64,000 nt of DNA from contig CAVRBU010000002.1 in the NCBI GenBank assembly GCA_963719315.1, forward strand, positions 480,001-544,000, given 5' to 3'. This stretch comes from an uncultured Planctomycetota bacterium. Lineage in GTDB: Bacteria > Planctomycetota > Planctomycetia > Pirellulales > Lacipirellulaceae. The notes beneath the pieces were generated by a model. That model did no database searches and had not been told where the DNA came from. It was given only the letters and a program-made list of their open reading frames with translations. Each line of letters opens with the position of its first letter. Positions within the stretch are counted from its first letter, which is position 1. This document shows positions 41,117 through 52,800 of this stretch, piece by piece. Position numbers and translations under genes: made by a program.

Positions 41117-41875
41117 CTAGCGGCGGCTCGACATCGAGATCACAATTTGCAGGATGTACCAAAACAACAAGCCGACCGATGCGAACAGGGCCAGAGCCGC
41201 GGCCACATGTTGCTCAGTGCGGTAATGATGCAATACGTTCGAGGTGTCGTAGAGAATCGCACCGGCGGCGAAAACCACCAGCAGCATCGAGAATCCAGTC
41301 CCGAGATTCAGCAGGCCGAAAACTCCGAGTAGTATCGCGCCAAAGAATATCAATCCGGCGATACCCAAGATCGGGCCGAGGAAGGAGAAATCCTTACCGG
41401 TGAGAAACACCGTGGCTGTGAGAACTGCGAACACGGCCAGCGTGATTACGGCCGCAACGACAATCGGGCTGACCGTATAAGTGCCGATCGTCATCGCATA
41501 ATGATTCGCGATCCACAACAGCGGGCAGAGAATCACCGAAAACGCGAATACGTAAGTTATCAAACCGAAGTACTGCTTGCCGACGGACGCGTCGGAACTC
41601 GCCCAGGATTGGGCGATTCTGCTGATGACCATGTAACCACCAAACAATGCGAGCCAACCCCAACGCGCCGAAAACAGATTGGGGACCCAGTTATCAAGCT
41701 GATCTCCCAACGCTTGGAAATATAGGAACTCGAGCGCAACGAGGCCGTAAATGGCCGCCATCAAATGCACGTAAGTTCTACGGATGAACGACTTGCGGGC
41801 ATCCGCCGGCGCGTCGATTGCCAGACTTCCCAAACGAGCATACGGAGTGTTGGCTTGAAAATCGGCCGAATTCAT
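41117..41875 (-). CDS. Bax inhibitor-1/YccA family membrane protein
   Basis: FIRRTY, seven TM segments, KDFSFL, ILYDTS; alternative start 41890. Confidence 0.88.
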   Translation of the reverse strand: MNSADFQANTPYARLGSLAIDAPADARKSFIRRTYVHLMAAIYGLVALEFLYFQALGDQLDNWVPNLFSARWGWLALFGGYMVISRIAQSWASSDASVGKQYFGLITYVFAFSVILCPLLWIANHYAMTIGTYTVSPIVVAAVITLAVFAVLTATVFLTGKDFSFLGPILGIAGLIFFGAILLGVFGLLNLGTGFSMLLVVFAAGAILYDTSNVLHHYRTEQHVAAALALFASVGLLFWYILQIVISMSSRR

Positions 41876-42166
41876 CGGCAATCCCCTCATAAATGAGAAT
41901 AGTTGACGTGCGGGCCCCAGCTAACAATAAGCACAGGCAACTGAGTAAGTCTAGGTTTGGCAGCGGGTAAGGTCAAGATTTGAATGGAATTGAACCTCCC
42001 TCTAGGCGAATTTGCCATCGCTTGACAGCAGCCAGCCGGCGTCCACAATTGGCCAAAGAGAGACGCGGCCTAGCACGCTTAGGACTGATTGACCGGCCGC
42101 CTCATCGCTTTTATTGCTTCAACATCCAGCCTCGGCACGTGCGGCGCCGGGAGCGAGCTTTCGACG

Positions 42167-42922
42167 ATGGCAACCGCGAAACGGACATCGCAGCGGAAAA
42201 AACGTGTGGTGCCGCGTGCCAAAATGGCGGCGGCAAAAGGAGCGAATGGCAAGCCAGCAAAACGAGCGGGGCCGCCGGCGGACGCCAAGCGTAAAGCGCT
42301 AGCGGCCCGCGTCGTCGAGCATCTTCGGAAAGATTATCCAGACGTTACATGCGCGCTCGAGAACGAAACGCCATTCGAGCTTCTGATCGCAACAATTCTC
42401 TCGGCCCAATGCACCGATGCCCGCGTCAACATGGTGACGCCGGAATTGTTTCGCCGCTGGCCGAATGCCGAGGCGATGGCCGGGGCGTCCATCAAAGCGC
42501 TGGAGAAGGTGATTCAGAGCACGGGATTCTATCGCAACAAAGCGAAAAACATTCAGGGCGCGAGTCGGGGCATCGTTGAGAAACACGGCGGCGAAGTGCC
42601 GCAGGACATGGTGGCTTTGGTTGGGCTAGCGGGCGTCGGGCGAAAGACCGCGAACGTGGTGCTGGGAACGGCGTATGGCATGGCGACGGGCGTGGTTGTT
42701 GACACGCACGTCACGCGCTTGAGCAAACGCATCGGGCTTACGAAGCACACCGACGCCACAAAGATCGAGCAGGATTTGATGCAACTCGTGCCGCAAATTG
42801 AATGGGTCGATTTCGCCCATCGCATGATTCACCACGGAAGGCAGATTTGCATGGCTCGCAAACCGAAGTGCCCGCTGTGTTCGATGAAATCATTTTGCCC
42901 GAAGATTGGCGTTGAGACATGA
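42167..42922 (+). CDS. nth: Endonuclease III
   Basis: ILSAQCTD, LAGVGRKTANVV (HhH), VDTHV, C-x6-C-x2-C-x5-C. Confidence 0.96.
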   Translation: MATAKRTSQRKKRVVPRAKMAAAKGANGKPAKRAGPPADAKRKALAARVVEHLRKDYPDVTCALENETPFELLIATILSAQCTDARVNMVTPELFRRWPNAEAMAGASIKALEKVIQSTGFYRNKAKNIQGASRGIVEKHGGEVPQDMVALVGLAGVGRKTANVVLGTAYGMATGVVVDTHVTRLSKRIGLTKHTDATKIEQDLMQLVPQIEWVDFAHRMIHHGRQICMARKPKCPLCSMKSFCPKIGVET

Positions 42923-43000
42923 TGTAGTAGTGGCAGCGAAGCCAAATATGGCAGATTCAGCGTTGCCGCCGACGCTAACAACCTAACTTTCGTTTAACTC

Positions 43001-43575
43001 ATGATCCTTTCAGGGAATTCCATCCGCGAGCGAATTGGCGATGACATCATCATCGATCCGTTCGATGAGCGCAGCTCAACCCGAACAGCTACAACCTCAC
43101 GCTGCACAACGAGCTAATGGTGTACGAAGAGCTGATGCTGGACATGGCCAAGGCAAACCGCGTGCGGCGAATCGAAATTCCGGAAGAGGGGCTCGTGCTA
43201 AGCCCGAATCAGCTCTACCTGGCCCGCACCGCCGAGCGGACCACGACGCACAACCTGGTCCCGCAGATTGAAGGCCGGTCGTCGATCGGCCGCCTGGGCC
43301 TGTTCGTGCACGTGACGGCCGGTTTCGGCGACGTCGGCTTCAGCGGCTACTGGACGCTCGAAATGTTCGCCATTCACCCGGTGCGTATCTATCCCGGGAT
43401 CCCCATTTGCCAAATCTTCTATCACGAAATCTGCGGTTCGATCGAAGAATACGCCAGCAAGTACCAACACAATCGGGACATCCAACCGAGCCTGATGTTC
43501 GAAGAACTGGCTCCGCACCGCAAGAATGACCCGCAATTGCCGCTCAACTTCGGGCTCGAGCGCTCGCATGGGTGA
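43001..43575 (+). CDS. dcd: dCTP deaminase, frameshift near 43070
   Basis: MILSG..IIIDPFDE then LNPNSYNL, EGRSSIGRLGL, TAGFGDVGF. Confidence 0.9.
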
Positions 43576-43654
43576 GTCGAGAGCCAAAAGTCGAGAGCCG
43601 AGAGCCAGACGAATGTGTTCCGGCTCTTGACTCTCGTCGCTTGTCACTCGACTT
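43574..43654. repeat. Inverted heptamer arrays (GTCGAGA / TCTCGAC) between convergent genes
   Basis: gagtcgagagccaaaagtcgagagccgagagccag ... ggctcttgactctcg..actcgact. Confidence 0.75.
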
Positions 43655-43655
43655 C

Positions 43656-45110
43656 CTACATTACCGCGAAATAATTTTCCACCGCGAAGTCGAAATTTTC
43701 CGGCGACAGTTTCGCGGGCCGGTTGGTGTAGCGGCAAAAGTTGCGGATTTGCAAGATCAGGTCGCGCGGCTGGCAACATCTCAGTGGCCGGTTCACCGCG
43801 CGGTAGTGTGTTTCCATCAAATAATCGACGGCCGTTTCGTCGTATTCGACATTTAGCTTCGACGCCATGATCTTTAGCAGTTGGCGGAATGACAACTCGT
43901 CCGGGTCGACGACTTCGATCTTGTAGGGAATTCGGCGTAAAAAGGCATCGTCCACCAAATCCTTCGGCTCGAGGTTGGTGGAGAACACGATCAACTGATC
44001 GAACGGCACCTGAATCTTCTTGCCGCTGGCCAGGTTCAAGAAGTCATAACGTTTTTCGAGCGGCACGATCCAGCGATTGAGCAATTGGTCGGTCGTCATC
44101 CGTTGACGGCCAAAGTCGTCGATCACAAGCGTGCCGCAGTTGCTCTTCAATTGGATCGGCGCTTCGCTGACGTTGGTCGAGGTGTTGATCGTGATTTCGA
44201 GGTGATCCATCGTCAACTCGCCGCCGACGACGATCGTGGGCCGGCGAATGCGAATCCAGCGATTGTCGATCTTGCGATTGTCCAGCAAACCTTCGTTCGC
44301 CGGCAGCGGCATTTCCTCGTGCATTCCAGGGTCGAACATCCGCATGATTTCGCCGTCGATGCCGATCGACCGCGGAATCCAAATGGTCTGGCCGAAGGCC
44401 TTCGTGATTCGCTCGGCGATGCTCGTTTTGCCGTTGCCAGGCGCCCCGAATAAGAACATGCCGCGGCCCGAATTGATGGCCGGACCAAGCCGTTGCAACA
44501 TTTTCTTGTCGATCAGCAAGTCTTCGAAAGCCCGGTGCAAATCTTCTTCCGTCGGGTGCTGGGCGGTAAGCGTTTGGCGTTTGACGCTCTCGATATAGGC
44601 CGCCAACGAGACCGTCGCTGAGCCAAAGTACGTGCAGTGATCGGCGAATTTCTTGGCCCGTTCGCGGCCCAACTCGGTGAGCTGGTACACGTAGTCGTTC
44701 ATCGCGGCCGCTCCCTTGTGGGCGACCAGGCGATCCTGCTTCATCGAGTGGAATAGCGGATCAATGATCCTAAACGGCAGCTTGAGCTGTTCCGACATGT
44801 AACGGCCGGTGGCTTCCGCACGGCCATTGAGCGTCTTGAGGATCAGCGATTCGACTTCGCCGTCAGTGAGGCCTGCGGCTGCGAGCGTATCGGGCTCGAC
44901 CGGAATCCACTCGCCGCTGCTGCTGACGCTGCCGGGAGGGGAAGCGATCGTGGTTTCTGGCGGGGCGTCAGCCGCCGGGCGCGTGCGAACTTGCGATTGC
45001 GCCGTGGTGAGTTCGTGGATGCGGTCCATCAACGCATCCAGCCGACTGTGGTCGTCGGCTTCGCGACCCGCCGCCTTGCTTATGGACGGAATTGTGTTCT
45101 GATTCACCAT
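43656..45110 (-). CDS. AAA+ family ATPase with N-terminal winged-helix-like segment
   Basis: [28 protein letters not shown]. Confidence 0.85.
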   Translation of the reverse strand: MVNQNTIPSISKAAGREADDHSRLDALMDRIHELTTAQSQVRTRPAADAPPETTIASPPGSVSSSGEWIPVEPDTLAAAGLTDGEVESLILKTLNGRAEATGRYMSEQLKLPFRIIDPLFHSMKQDRLVAHKGAAAMNDYVYQLTELGRERAKKFADHCTYFGSATVSLAAYIESVKRQTLTAQHPTEEDLHRAFEDLLIDKKMLQRLGPAINSGRGMFLFGAPGNGKTSIAERITKAFGQTIWIPRSIGIDGEIMRMFDPGMHEEMPLPANEGLLDNRKIDNRWIRIRRPTIVVGGELTMDHLEITINTSTNVSEAPIQLKSNCGTLVIDDFGRQRMTTDQLLNRWIVPLEKRYDFLNLASGKKIQVPFDQLIVFSTNLEPKDLVDDAFLRRIPYKIEVVDPDELSFRQLLKIMASKLNVEYDETAVDYLMETHYRAVNRPLRCCQPRDLILQIRNFCRYTNRPAKLSPENFDFAVENYFAVM

Positions 45111-45345
45111 CGTTGTGCTCGACCTGGAAAATGACCCGGCACCTGCCTTACTAAACTTAGGTTGCCTCCCAAGCGCGGCAAACTAGCCGGCCCGGATACC
45201 GATCCGGCGGAAGTGGTTATAACGATTTCGCAGCTTGCGGCGGCCGCCTGCTCTAGTAATGGCAATTTCGACCGTGTGTTGCGTGCGGTAAACTGAGAAG
45301 GCGGCTGCCATCTGACCTCCTACCTCTCATTTCCGACCAACTTCC

Positions 45346-46215
45346 ATGCAAGTCGTCATCACAGCCGTTGGCCCCGACAATCGCGGTTTAGCCGATCCGA
45401 TCGTGCATTCGGTGACGGGCTTGGGCGCAAACATCGCCGAAATTCAGATGTACGATCACGACGCGGAGAGCGTCTTCTCGATGCTCACACGAGTCGATAT
45501 CGATTCGGGCCGCTACGAAGATTTGCGGCAGGCAATGGCGGACGTTTCGCGGCGGACCGAGCTTTCGATCCGCACGTGGTCGCCGGATATTTCGGGGCGA
45601 CGGCCGCGGCTGGCGATCTGCGTGACGTATCGGCCCGAGCCTGCACTCGCGCTGCTCCGCGCAATCCGCGACGGACAAGTCAAAGCCGATGCCCGCATCA
45701 TGATCGGCAACCGCGAAGCCTGCCGCGGGTTGGCCGAGCAATTCGGCATCCCGTGGTTTAACGTTGCCGAGGGCACTGGTGGAGCCAATGGCACTCCCGA
45801 CGACGAGCGGATGATCGCGCTGTGCGATGAACACGAGATCGACTTCGTCATCTTGGCCCGGTACATGCGCGTTCTGCCGGCGGCGAGCTGTTGGAAATAC
45901 GCCGGTGGTCGGATTATCAATCTGCACCACGGACTGCTGCCGAGCTTTCCCGGCATGCAGCCGTACCACGAAGCCTACGCGAGCCGCATGCTCACCTACG
46001 GCGCGACGTGCCATTTCATCGTGCCGGAGCTCGACGCCGGTTGCCAGATCATCTATCAGTCAACGTTCATGGTGCCCCCCGGCATGCCGCGAGACGAAAT
46101 CATCCGCCGCGGCCAACAGGACAACGAGCCGCACTGCCTGGTGGAAGGCGTCCGCCGCGTGGTGGATGGAGAGGTGCACCTCCACTTCAATCGGGTGGTG
46201 GCGCGGAAGGCCTAA
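45346..46215 (+). CDS. purU: Formyltetrahydrofolate deformylase
   Basis: N-terminal ACT domain, LARYMRVL, IINLHHGLLPSFPG, GATCHF..LDAG. Confidence 0.9.
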   Translation: MQVVITAVGPDNRGLADPIVHSVTGLGANIAEIQMYDHDAESVFSMLTRVDIDSGRYEDLRQAMADVSRRTELSIRTWSPDISGRRPRLAICVTYRPEPALALLRAIRDGQVKADARIMIGNREACRGLAEQFGIPWFNVAEGTGGANGTPDDERMIALCDEHEIDFVILARYMRVLPAASCWKYAGGRIINLHHGLLPSFPGMQPYHEAYASRMLTYGATCHFIVPELDAGCQIIYQSTFMVPPGMPRDEIIRRGQQDNEPHCLVEGVRRVVDGEVHLHFNRVVARKA

Positions 46216-46252
46216 TTGGCGAGAACGGAGGGCAGTTTTTGTCGGCCAGCGG

Positions 46253-46261
46253 TGTTATACT
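46253..46261 (+). promoter_or_regulatory. Extended -10 promoter element for the toxin-antitoxin pair
   Basis: TGtTATACT 35 nt upstream of the antitoxin ATG. Confidence 0.5.
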
Positions 46262-46296
46262 GATTTGAGGTAACTCACCGCAACAAGAGTCCTAGC

Positions 46297-46527
46297 ATGG
46301 TTCAATTTAACGGTCATTTCGACGGGAGCGTGATTACGCCCGACGAGCGAGTCGAGATTCCCGTGAATATTCCACTACGCGTTACAATTGAGCCAGCAGC
46401 AGCGCATACGCCTCAGGCCGTCGATTGGCAGCGGTTACTTAAACTGGCGAATGAATGCTCCGTGCAAGGACCGGAAGACCTCGCGGAGCGACACGATCAG
46501 TACGCCCATGGAAAACGGATGGAATGA
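46297..46527 (+). CDS. Putative antitoxin
   Basis: 76 aa, GHFDGSVI.P and GPEDLAERHDQY; ATGA overlap with the PIN gene. Confidence 0.72.
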   Translation: MVQFNGHFDGSVITPDERVEIPVNIPLRVTIEPAAAHTPQAVDWQRLLKLANECSVQGPEDLAERHDQYAHGKRME

Positions 46528-46937
46528 CCGTTCAGTTTGCCGACACGTACTACTTACTGGCACTGGTCAATACGAAGGACAAGGACCACTCTGCGGCACT
46601 GCGTCATAGCCAGGGCCGGACACTTGGTTTGGTCACGACGACGTGGATCCTTGTTGAATTCGCGGATGCACTTTCGGCCGTGAACAATCGCGCCAACGCA
46701 GCACGTTTCCTTCGCGGGCTTCTTGCCGAGCCATATATGGAAGTGGTTCCACCCACTCGCGAGCAATTTGAAAATGCTCTGAACCTATTTGAACAGCGCC
46801 CCGACAAAGATTGGTCCTTGACGGACTACTTATCGTTTTCGCTGATGGCAGATCGTGGGATCACCGATGCGCTTACGGCCGACCACCACTTCGAACAAGC
46901 GGGCTTTCGAGCGCTAATGCGGGACTACGAACAATAA
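46524..46937 (+). CDS. vapC: PIN-domain (VapC-type) toxin
   Basis: FADTYYLLAL..D..H, ILVE, WSLTD, LTADHHFEQAGF. Confidence 0.88.
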   Translation: MTVQFADTYYLLALVNTKDKDHSAALRHSQGRTLGLVTTTWILVEFADALSAVNNRANAARFLRGLLAEPYMEVVPPTREQFENALNLFEQRPDKDWSLTDYLSFSLMADRGITDALTADHHFEQAGFRALMRDYEQ

Positions 46938-47154
46938 GCAATGGGCAGCGTAGGCCTAGATCTAACGCAGGCACTGACCAAAGACTAAAATAGAAACAAG
47001 CCGCCGCGTGATTCGGCGGCCTGCTTCAAAAACTGCGGTGGTCGGTGATGTCGCAAGGTAAAAGGCCCCATCGTGCCAACGGTTCGGAGCCTTGCCCAGC
47101 GCGTCGCCGGCCGCCCTTTTTTTGTGCCGCACTCAACGGCGCGGCTCAAAAAAA

Positions 47155-48835
47155 CTATTTGGCCTTCGCGGCTTCTGTCGCTTGGGCCAGACCCTTTTTG
47201 AACTCCTCGTTCTCAGGTTGAGCTTTCACCAATTGCTCGAAGTACGGGATTGCTTTCTCGTACTCCTTGCGTTCGGCATAGGTCGTCGCCAAACCGATGG
47301 TCGCGGCTGTTACTCCCGGAAACTTCTTGGCCATCTTTTCCCAGAGGGCAATCGCTTCGTCGACTTTGCCTTCGGCCTTCAAACAACGGGCGAGTCCGTT
47401 CATCGGTCCCGCGGCATCCGGTTCCTTCTCAAGGCACTTTTCGAAGTACGGCTTGGCTTCATCCGCTTTGCCGCTGTTGAGCAACAGGAAGCCCAGACCG
47501 TTCATTGCTGAAGGGTTTTCCGGATCCTTCGCCAGCGCGATTGAAGCTAAGTTCGGCGGAACGTGGGTTGCCCGCATTGAACTCTTGCCAGCCTTCGAGT
47601 GCGGCTTGGTCCGCGGGAGAGTTCTCCGGTTTCCCGGCTGGCTTGAGCTGCTTTTCGAGCGTTTCCGGCAGCTTCTTGTTCTGCGCCGCTTCGAGCATTT
47701 GCTTGAGGTCAGCGTTTTCAGGGTCCTCGCTCAGCGCTTTACGAAGCCACGGTAACGCATTGTCGAACTTGCCGGTCACCAAATAGATGCGGGCCAAGCC
47801 AAACCAAGCAGCCGACGCGTGTGGATAGCTTGCCGACTTGAGCAGATACTTCTCTGCCTTGTCGAGGTCGCCCCACATCAGATAGACCTGCCCTAAGCCG
47901 TTCAGTGCGGCCGGGTGCTTGCGATCGAGCTCAACGCACCTTTCAAATGCCGCGACAGCCTGCTCGCTGTCGCCGCTGTTGAAGCGTGCCCAACCGAGTC
48001 CGTTCCAGGCGTTGGTCGACGACGGATCGAGTTTCACGGCTTGCTCGAACAACTTTGCCGCATCGACCATCTTTTGCTGGTTCCACAATTCCCAACCTTG
48101 TTTCGACAGCTCCTCAGCCTGGGCGATGGCCGCCTTGCGATCAGCCGGAGTTTTCCGGCCGCTGGCGGCGGGTTTCGACTTCCGTTCGTTGGCTGCCAGC
48201 AACTCTTGTGGCGACTTGTCACGGTTTTCTCCATACCAAGCAGAGTAACCCTTCGGGTCGTCGGTGAAGTTCTTGCCGGCGTACTCTTTGACGTAGGAGG
48301 CAGCGTAACTTCGAATCTCCGGGTCATCATCGTGCATTCCCAGGTCGAGAACTTGCAGCACCTTGGCATGCTTCTTCGGCAACGCTTTGCTAAATGCGAA
48401 TGTCTTGAGCAATCCGGTTTTGACTTGCTGCTCTTTGATCTTAGGCCAGGCTTCGGTCACGATCTCCAGGCCGAGATCCGGGTCGAGCAGCGTCAGATCG
48501 GGGCCGACGCCAAACGCGGTGTGCATGTGGTCGCGCAGTCCGACAAGACGCGTGACCCACCCTTCCTTGTCGGTTTGCTGCTGCGTAACCGGCGGGGGTG
48601 CGGCTAGCGTCAACCAGCCAGCCAACGCCGCTAACAGAATCGTTCCCATAGCAATGACTCCTCCAATAAGAGAAACAACAAACAGGCGGCGCGTACGTCG
48701 GCGCCGATCATCCTCGCGTAGTGAGTTCGTGAGCAAGCCGCCGGAATCCTGTAGTGCCGATTGCAATAGTGCGTCTTCGTCCAGGTTCGATCCCACGTTT
48801 GTTCTCGAATCGGATTTGTTTGATAGCTGGTTCAT
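47155..48835 (-). CDS. Single-pass membrane protein with TPR repeats; frameshift near 47536
   Basis: RRRRTRR then TM; repeated A(W/L/M)NGLG TPR units continue in the second frame (47155..47577). Confidence 0.8.
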
Positions 48836-48899
48836 ATGCGATTGAGGGGTAGCTGAAGCAGTTCGTAACGGAAGTGGGTTATGTGTCGATGGACCTCTG

Positions 48900-49256
48900 T
48901 CAAACTGACTTGATAATTCGGGCCGCTTCGTCGGCGGCCAGCTTGCCTTCGCTGACTGCATCCAGAATCGTTCCGCGTACTTCCCGCGTCTCGGAAATCT
49001 GCTGGCGCAGTGAATCGATCACCTTATCGAGACGCGAGCGGACCGTGGGGTACGACACGCCAGCTTGCTCAGCGATCTGTTTGAGATTCCCGCCCGCCAG
49101 CACGAAAATCTCAATGAACCGCTGGTGCTCGGTCGGCAAATTGGCAACTCTTGGCGCGGGAAACGCCGCATCCACGGAGACGCCACAGCCGTGGCACGTC
49201 ATGCGGCTCACGATCATGGATTGGCTGCAGTAGGGGCAAAGATTGGATGCTGGCAT
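48900..49256 (-). CDS. DUF2089 family zinc-ribbon/HTH protein
   Basis: CPYC..CHGC; FIEIFV..GNLKQ..GVSYPTVRSRLD; short C-terminal helical (SHOCT-like) unit. Confidence 0.85.
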   Translation of the reverse strand: MPASNLCPYCSQSMIVSRMTCHGCGVSVDAAFPAPRVANLPTEHQRFIEIFVLAGGNLKQIAEQAGVSYPTVRSRLDKVIDSLRQQISETREVRGTILDAVSEGKLAADEAARIIKSV

Positions 49257-49284
49257 CGAATTCGTCTACTTTTCTTTGTTTAGT

Positions 49285-49324
49285 TTGACAATCGTTTATT
49301 TACATAAAACAAAACTATTGTCAA
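49285..49324. promoter_or_regulatory. Inverted repeat TTGACAAT-N24-ATTGTCAA, putative operator in an AT-rich promoter
   Basis: Perfect 8-bp arms 29-68 nt upstream of the DUF2089 start; each arm contains TTGACA. Confidence 0.6.
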
Positions 49325-49808
49325 CACTCTATTAATTTAATTAAGATTCCCAGCCGTTTTCCCCCTATCCGGTTTTCCCGAATAGCGGCGCCTAAATAGT
49401 GCGACCGCAAGGCTTTGCGGCATGGCACGTGTTTTCAACGCCGACCCGGCAACGCAGCGCTTTTTGTGGAATCGCCGAAAAACGCTCCGCGCTGAAAATT
49501 GGTCTTGCCGCTCACAAAAAGCGTCTCTACCATCTCGCCGCCCACCGTCTCGGTGAGGCACCTGCTTTCTACCTTTTCTACCGAACACTTTTCATTGGCC
49601 GTTTTGGAAGGGTCGCGCTTGCGCTCCTGCCGTTGACGGTTACCGCGCTCGATCGGAACGACTTGCGCAACAGTTTTGTCTGAGACATTCGTCTGCCGGT
49701 TCGCCCGGCTGCGCAATTCCGACGTGGGACGGAGTAGACTATCCATGCACAACCGCCCTGGATTTTTAGGCGCTGCGATTTGCGCTCGTCGCACTCGCTG
49801 CGGGCGAC

Positions 49809-52800
49809 GTGGCCACCTCTGCGCGAGTTGTCGCGTTCCTCGCCATTGCGCTTGAGCTGGTGAGCGTGGCGATCGCCGAAAACATGGTGATGCCGCCCGC
49901 GGAGCCTACGGCCGTGGACTCAGCCGCACCGCCAATGACTCAATCGGGCAACGTCAGCTTCTATTCGCAAGACTTGGGGACCATCCTGCGGTTGCGTTAC
50001 AACACGGAAAGCTATGGCCAGGACGGCCAGGGAAATTTCGACATCGGCTCGTTTCAGGTCATCACGATGGAAGATTCGGCCGCGTTTCTTGACGGCCAGG
50101 TGACGCTGAACGACGTGAACGGCGTCGGTTTCAATGTGGGCGTCGGCTATCGCATCATCGATTTTCCGCCCTACGCGATGGATACCGGCCGCATGGAAGG
50201 CGTGAGCCTGTGGGCTGACGGAACGCATACGGAAGCAGGGAATTTCTTCCCCCAAATCGGTGTTTCGCTCGAGTCGCTTGGCGAGATGTGGGACGTGCGT
50301 GCCAACGGTTACATACCCGTTGGCAAGCAAGACCAGGTTGGACCTTTCAAATCAACGGGCAAGATCGGCTTTGAAGGCAACTCGATTTCGCAACTGACCC
50401 GAGCCGTGGTAGACTCTTCATTTACGGTCGGCGAAATCGAAATCGCGCGGCGAATGGGCGCCGAGCGCGACGCTTGGGCGTTTGCCGGGCCATATTTCCT
50501 GACGAACGATCGCGAAGACAGCGCCGGTGCGCGGGTCGGCGTGCGCGGTTACGCCTACCCCGATCTGCTACTGCAATTTGCCGTCAGCAATGACGACGTG
50601 TTCCACACGAATGCGACCTTCTCGCTGCAATGGTTCGTCGGCCGCACTCGGACCGACTACCAGCCTGCCTGCGATATTCGCGACAGGCTTCGCGAACCTG
50701 TTTTGCGCAATGACTACGTAGCTTTAGCCAAGAGCACGCGCGCGGGTGGCATGGCGCTTACTCAACCTGATGGCAGTGCGATCCGCATCGTCCACATCGA
50801 TAGCAACGCGGCGGCAGGCGGCAACGGCACCTTTGAAAGCCCGTACAACGAGCTGGACCAAGCCAATGGCGCCGGGAGCATGGCGGGTGACATCGTCTTC
50901 GCCCATTCGACCAGCATCTTCGGCACTTCGATCATTCTCAAGGACAATCAACGCTTTCTCGGCGAAGGCAACAATCAGACGTTTATGGTTGCCACGCAAC
51001 AGGAAGGCACAATCACGATCCCCGAGTCGTCGCCGGGCGCGCGTGCGCTCGCGCGGCCGATGATCGTCGCCGCGATGGGCGATGCCGTGACGCTCGCCGA
51101 CAACAACGAGGTATCGAACTTCGATATCAACGGCCAAAACGTCACCGCCCGCGCTATCGCCGCGCCCGCGGGCGGCGCCGGCAACCCAAACCTCAATCAT
51201 CTCGCGATCAGCAACACCGTCGGCGACGGCATCGCGTTCGCGCCGAAGACGATCACCGATCCGAACGACGCGACCCGGCAAATCGTGCGCGGCAATGTGT
51301 CAATTGACAACGTCACGTTCAGCAACGTCGGCGGCAACGGCATCGACATCGATTCCTCGACAACCACGAACGTAGCGCTGCCGACCGTCACGCTGCAGGA
51401 AGCAATCGCAATTTCGAATGTGATGAGCACGAACGGCACTGGCCGTGGCATCAATCTCAAGAATACCCATACTGGCGCCGGTCATACCGCGACGCTCACC
51501 AACTACACCTACGACGGCGGAGCGACTAGCCTGGGAGCGCTCCGCTTGAACAATATCGACGGCACGTTCACCGCGTCGGCCAGCACGTTGACAAATGGCT
51601 CAACGGCCGCCGGAACCGCGGGCGTGCAAATCCTCGGCGATACCGACGGCACGCTCACGTTTCAGAACACGTTCGTGATGAACAACGTGAACAGCGAAGC
51701 TGCGTTCGACATCAACGGCGACGACGCAGGCACGGACAAACTGAACGGCTCGATCACGGTCAACAGCGCGATTACGAACGACACCGGCCGAAGCGTTGCC
51801 GTGCAAAATGTCGCTGCGGGCGCCAATGTCACCTTCAACGGCAACATCGCCGACACCGGAAACGGCCTGCTCGTTTCTTCGAATTCAGGCGGGCAAATCA
51901 CCTTCCTCGGCGATCTGGCGATGACGGTTGATACACCCGCCGCAACCGCCGTGAACGTCATCGACAACACCGGCGCGAATATCGATTTCGCCGGCGATGT
52001 CGTAATCAACAGCACGAACACAGCCAACGGCTTTTCGGCCACGGGAGGCGGCACGCTGTCGGCGCCTAGCACCGTGAATTCGGTTTCCACCGAATCCGGC
52101 CGCGCGGTGCAAATCACCGGTATGACGATCGCGGCTGCCGCAGTTCACTTCGGCAACGTCAATCGCACCGCGTCGGCTGCGACCAACGCCATTCAACTCG
52201 AAACCAATACGGGTGGCCCGATCACGATCGGCAATACGACCGATAGCGCGGGCGACGCCGGCACGATCGTGGGCGGCACGGCGGACGCGATCCGCATCGT
52301 GGATTCCGCGAATGTCAGCGTAAACGGCTTGCGCGTCAACAACACGGCGGCCGTGTCCGGCGTACACGTCGAAAAGTCGAACGCCACTGCGATGACCACC
52401 AATCTCAGCGATTTGGAGCTGAATGGCGGAGATATCGGCGTCGAGACCGTGGGTGGCGGCACCGGCGCCGTGACGATGACGGTCAACGACACGGCCATCA
52501 ACAGCTCTACCGCTCAGGGCATGTTGTTCAACAATCTGGATGTCGGCAGTGCTACGGTCAACAACGCCACGATCGACGGCAATAACGTAAACGGCACCGC
52601 CGGCGGCGTGAGGATTACGGACAGCAACGCGTCGATCACATTCGATAGCGCGACCTCGATCAAAGAGTTCGGCGGAACCGACTTTGAGGTCAATGCCGGC
52701 ACCGGCACGATCAGCTTTGCCGGCGACATTGTCAACTCGACGACCGTGAACCCGGTCGACACCACGGGCCGCTCCGTACACGTTCACAACGTGACCGGCG

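Noticed and set aside
46297..46937. Toxin-antitoxin pair as marker of a prophage or island
   Set aside because: No integrase, att-like repeats or phage genes nearby; isolated pair.
49422..49437. Sigma-54-like TGGCACG-N4-TTCA upstream of the autotransporter
   Set aside because: The conserved -12 GC is missing and the site is far from the start.
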